Translations under genes and position numbers: made by a program | The notes under the pieces: model-generated | Told to the model about the DNA's origin: nothing | Databases searched by the model: none | What the model saw: the letters and a program-made list of their open reading frames with translations, nothing else | In this document: positions 54,601 through 55,813 of the stretch, in pieces | Layout: each line of letters starts with the position of its first letter | How positions within the stretch are numbered: the first letter of the stretch is position 1 | Origin: a virus | Taxonomy: Duplodnaviria; Caudoviricetes | Virus record (IMG/VR): IMGVR_UViG_3300002460_000038 | Coordinates: 1-55,813 of that record | Reading direction: 5' to 3' (one strand) | Length of the DNA: 55,813 nucleotides

Positions 54601-54718
54601 GCTGCGTGGCAAGAACAACGCGCTGCTCGACGCGCTGCTATCGGCCGGCTCAAACCGGCAGAAGGTGGCCATCATTCAGCAGGCGATCAAGGACGGTCAA
54701 GCGGCAGTCGGCCAATAA
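48650..54718 (+). CDS. large polyvalent ejection protein (zincin HExxH; LPD38-like C-terminus)
   Basis: 2022 aa; Gly/Ala membrane-like helices; LAHEIGH; EYDRTNYLILPLG...VYVRLP. Confidence 0.7.
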   Translation: MPQALDIEALVRKHGGRPAPAAPPMDLAAIARKHGGRSATSAPDDEPAFRRWYADMADQHDLNPDPDSTEQFYDYRAAFRADATPDASGHWPSDFKREGHPNLVVGGFHVQTGERVPGTPRVSEPELVQLGWDTETAKRLAALPEPADAPPATFLERLTDLGISALKGAIGVPEAALGLADIPTGGRAGKVLESVGFNPKLAKSILDSFYSQQQQQANRSLAEAKGLVDTAVTAMKNPSTIVQAVVESLPTMLLGAGVARGLVRVGAPVLGAAAAGEGAVSAGLAAEGMRGESDTGTLTPKQAALAVASGVGTGALGFLGGRIAERLGIADIDTLLAGAVKDRTARTNLVKGVVFGAVQEGFLEELPQSVQEQVLQNIAQNRPWEDGIDQAAVLGAIAGAVMGGGGQVVNAARPTARPSSPPADTPAPIPTPAPAVTAPVAATPGPTPIEQMAAKHGGRPAGTPLPIPGPLPGSTQTTAQAPVAASAPPTTVEAPQAASPQPAAAPVAPPTVVAGEPPRAQLEARVIAARAEGREDYDAIEKLQALEPSQQSDIAAIAEKHGGRLVGEGEAASRTAPTLPLSVAELQQQAVIATRQEDWGTGRGGGKRIGAGMVVGAMGDPPRGIKTYPDFEHSPGVTSDIWDELRVLEDEDKRIAIGALQAGVAPDDAFRLVYTPAEQRDAALVELRDAARVVDRSSTSTPATSGNPFTAKAIRARREYEHLVQPTARDKSMATAFPLGTGYGRKGGERRLDATIDKAVKAEEARKTAEYLEAQSAAFDRGEINAQGRRITVASVARSEKRQSSQQGREARIASARETRGDKPAWAVPVAIYADASGQLAGSGRKLVESDHRASVEQALSEGHPVPDNVLADYSDLKVDTIDTGEQQPRLPEAGAVREQAVPTPQLEAPFSLAGEADTPRDFEQGGGGGGESNVGMFAEPEPTTAQLPQTQTDSRLFPPPGAPAVTGTIRPAEFPELVELAKRLQDTPDVVKAFRKVGKMGEFRPGGIRLAAELFKKGNEYQLAGALAHEIGHLVDWLPDKTLKRGNLIGRLLTLQSFLKHTFTALDGTTVKNADVRKELMALSDAWRPWNRATASASFRAYRHSGKELYADAISVLLNNPGMLEAQAPIFYREFFAALDRKPDVERAYFDLQEVLSGTRDELVWRRRSGVRRMFEEGDAKALDLERRRVETLKQRGKDLWFRLKTQLVDKNYAVIDRVRSLQKQGVRIADDDNPLYLLEERNYLGGKLKAFTERHFAPIFKTLTEADVSWHAFSEALFYERIIAGDRSELANPRGLSPKAAAELYDSLKTELGGERSRILSQSIPAFRAVVKGVAEDAHDAGLYTDELYAQMQANPAYVSFQVLDHMEDGVTSRVHRQIGTLKDIANVADASILKTLVTLRAIEHQKVKRATFTFLKQQYAGDIHPAKTVWSGKGHRPIESKDPDQKLITYFEKGKLAGYYVDPYVAAALENESVGQNWAVLQLLRVPNKVFRPLFTSLNLGFQGFNVMRDFWRFWKNVPTMTLPRAMKRYLEAVPVAKLRAFGTPDRAMTPKELAAYKDLLDAEEAQILSVTFNDLILGRQVEDTQVEDILARTGVGGFRVTPRHPFTRPFLTVLEWIKETGDFIETLPKAAGLYEFKGKGPIAGITAAQRSFIRRKVGSPDYLAGGTLKPVSNELFLFSNAITQAMRSDLEVATESKTRSGFWWKTAKLNLLPKVLLWGALSGLLGDTLRRLLQRTSEYDRTNYLILPLGEDERGNTVYVRLPQDDSGRLIGGLFWKLLQIARGEPDVVKTLAQVVDYTAGQVPSVTPAITAGKDVVSFAAGQNPYDDFRGRNLFTDDELKARDWRSLKKFVGYEFQNLGGGIVWKFYPGEQRPRDLSRGQRILDLPVLSNVIGRFIRVTNFGEVESLRGAKATTERDEARRRLREREAVYDTVRALGAAPKPGAVIVAAAKIAGELYPDDPKEAGRRMPELRQAISLGLLRGKNNALLDALLSAGSNRQKVAIIQQAIKDGQAAVGQ

Positions 54719-54740
54719 CCGAAAGATGCGAGGTCACGTC

Positions 54741-54974
54741 ATGGCAGATGGTAAACACGAGTGTTCCAAGATTGAGATTGAGCCAGCCGAAAACGGCGGC
54801 TTCAGCGTTCGCAAGTTCTATTGGCAGAAAGAGAGCACGGGCAAGCTCGGTGGAGTCATGCCATACATGGAGCCGAAGACGTACGCATTCAGCACGTTGG
54901 AGGAACTGTCCTCTTTTCTGCATAGCTCGTTTTCGTCAGGCGACAAGAAGGGCCGCGTCGTTCAACGGCAGTAA
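54741..54974 (+). CDS. hypothetical protein
   Basis: RBS gagg; KIEIEPAENGGF. Confidence 0.6.
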   Translation: MADGKHECSKIEIEPAENGGFSVRKFYWQKESTGKLGGVMPYMEPKTYAFSTLEELSSFLHSSFSSGDKKGRVVQRQ

Positions 54975-54985
54975 CGCTTTCGACC

Positions 54986-55100
54986 TTGTAAGTCGGCGAT
55001 CGGCAGCGTAGAATCGGCGCACAATTCAATTTCGCGGGCGACCGAATACCACGAGCCCGGTTCCAGGAATGACCTTCCTGGGGCCGGGCTCTTTTGCTTT
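54986..55100 (+). promoter_or_regulatory. late promoter, leader and terminator (copy 2), upstream of the lysis genes
   Basis: TTGTAA-17-TAGAAT; 46 bp identical to 28939-28984. Confidence 0.8.
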
Positions 55101-55133
55101 CTGGCCCACTGCGCGGCACGCAGGGACCCGGAC

Positions 55134-55400
55134 ATGGTTGATCACCCCGACGCCGTCGAGACGATTCCAGTGACCGCCACGCCAACCGATTGGGCACGTA
55201 TCGTTGCGACCGTCGGCGTGCCTTCGCTGATCTCGCTGCTGCTCGTGTGGTTTTTGGTGTCCGGCATCGTGAGTGATGTCCAGGCGATGCGCACGGAGCA
55301 CCAGGAGTTGAGGTTTTACCTTCGCGCCATCTGTGTCAACACCGCCAAGACCGAAGCCGAACGCGCGGCTTGTGTCCTTCCGCCACCCCACCAGCCATGA
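55134..55400 (+). CDS. holin-like membrane protein
   Basis: One TM helix (VGVPSLISLLLVWFL); ATGA overlap with the endolysin. Confidence 0.65.
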   Translation: MVDHPDAVETIPVTATPTDWARIVATVGVPSLISLLLVWFLVSGIVSDVQAMRTEHQELRFYLRAICVNTAKTEAERAACVLPPPHQP

Positions 55401-55813
55401 CGGTCGACCAGATCATCGACGGCATCCTCGAGCGCGAGGGCGGCTACGACGACCATCCCTCCGACAAGGGCGGCCCTACGAACATGGGTGTCACGGCCGT
55501 CGTGCTCGGCGAATGGCGCCATCTCGGCCGAGCGGCCACGCGTGAGGAAGTCAAGAATCTCCAGCCTGCCGAAGCGCGAGCCATCTGCCGAGCACGGTAC
55601 ATCGCCGGGCCTGGCTTCGAGCGGATTCCCTTCGAACCGCTCCGCGCGCAGCTCTGTGACTTTGGGTACAACTCCGGACCCGCGCGGGCGATCCGCTGGC
55701 TGCAGCGCGTGCTGCAGGCTCCAGAGACCGGCGTGCTCGACGCACTGACGCTCGCCGAGCTCGGGCGACATGACGCGCACCTTGTGAACGATGCGCTCGT
55801 GGCGGCCCGCCTC
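55397..55813 (+). CDS. GH108 endolysin (continues at 1-129)
   Basis: ILEREGGYDDHPSDKGGPTNMGVT..DFGYNSGP..AIRWLQR. Confidence 0.92.
   Translation, partial: MTVDQIIDGILEREGGYDDHPSDKGGPTNMGVTAVVLGEWRHLGRAATREEVKNLQPAEARAICRARYIAGPGFERIPFEPLRAQLCDFGYNSGPARAIRWLQRVLQAPETGVLDALTLAELGRHDAHLVNDALVAARL

Overview
The window looks like a complete, circularly permuted ~55.8 kb GC-rich tailed phage genome. The first and last 12 bp are identical, and a GH108 endolysin reads in frame across the join. The late module is P22/podovirus-like (TerS, TerL, portal, scaffold, capsid, adaptor/nozzle-like proteins, tailspike, ejection proteins, no tape measure). The early module has XRE regulators, SbcCD, a replication initiator and several DNA methyltransferases. 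No integrase or CI repressor was found. The most striking system is in TerL. It carries two inteins with no recognisable in-frame homing endonuclease; each hides a complete HNH gene in another reading frame (one antisense, one frameshifted sense), with a -10 box exactly 6 nt before its ATG. Other highlights: a near-complete tRNA-Trp inside a protein-coding gene; an atypical initiator tRNA; an IS1595 element carrying a C5 methyltransferase and flanked by copies of two other phage loci; a type III Mod gene followed by a 17-codon Res-like stub; two near-identical late promoter-leader-terminator units; about nine endonuclease genes; and a radical SAM/methyltransferase/glycosyltransferase cassette among the head genes. 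All calls come from motif recognition by eye; no searches were run.
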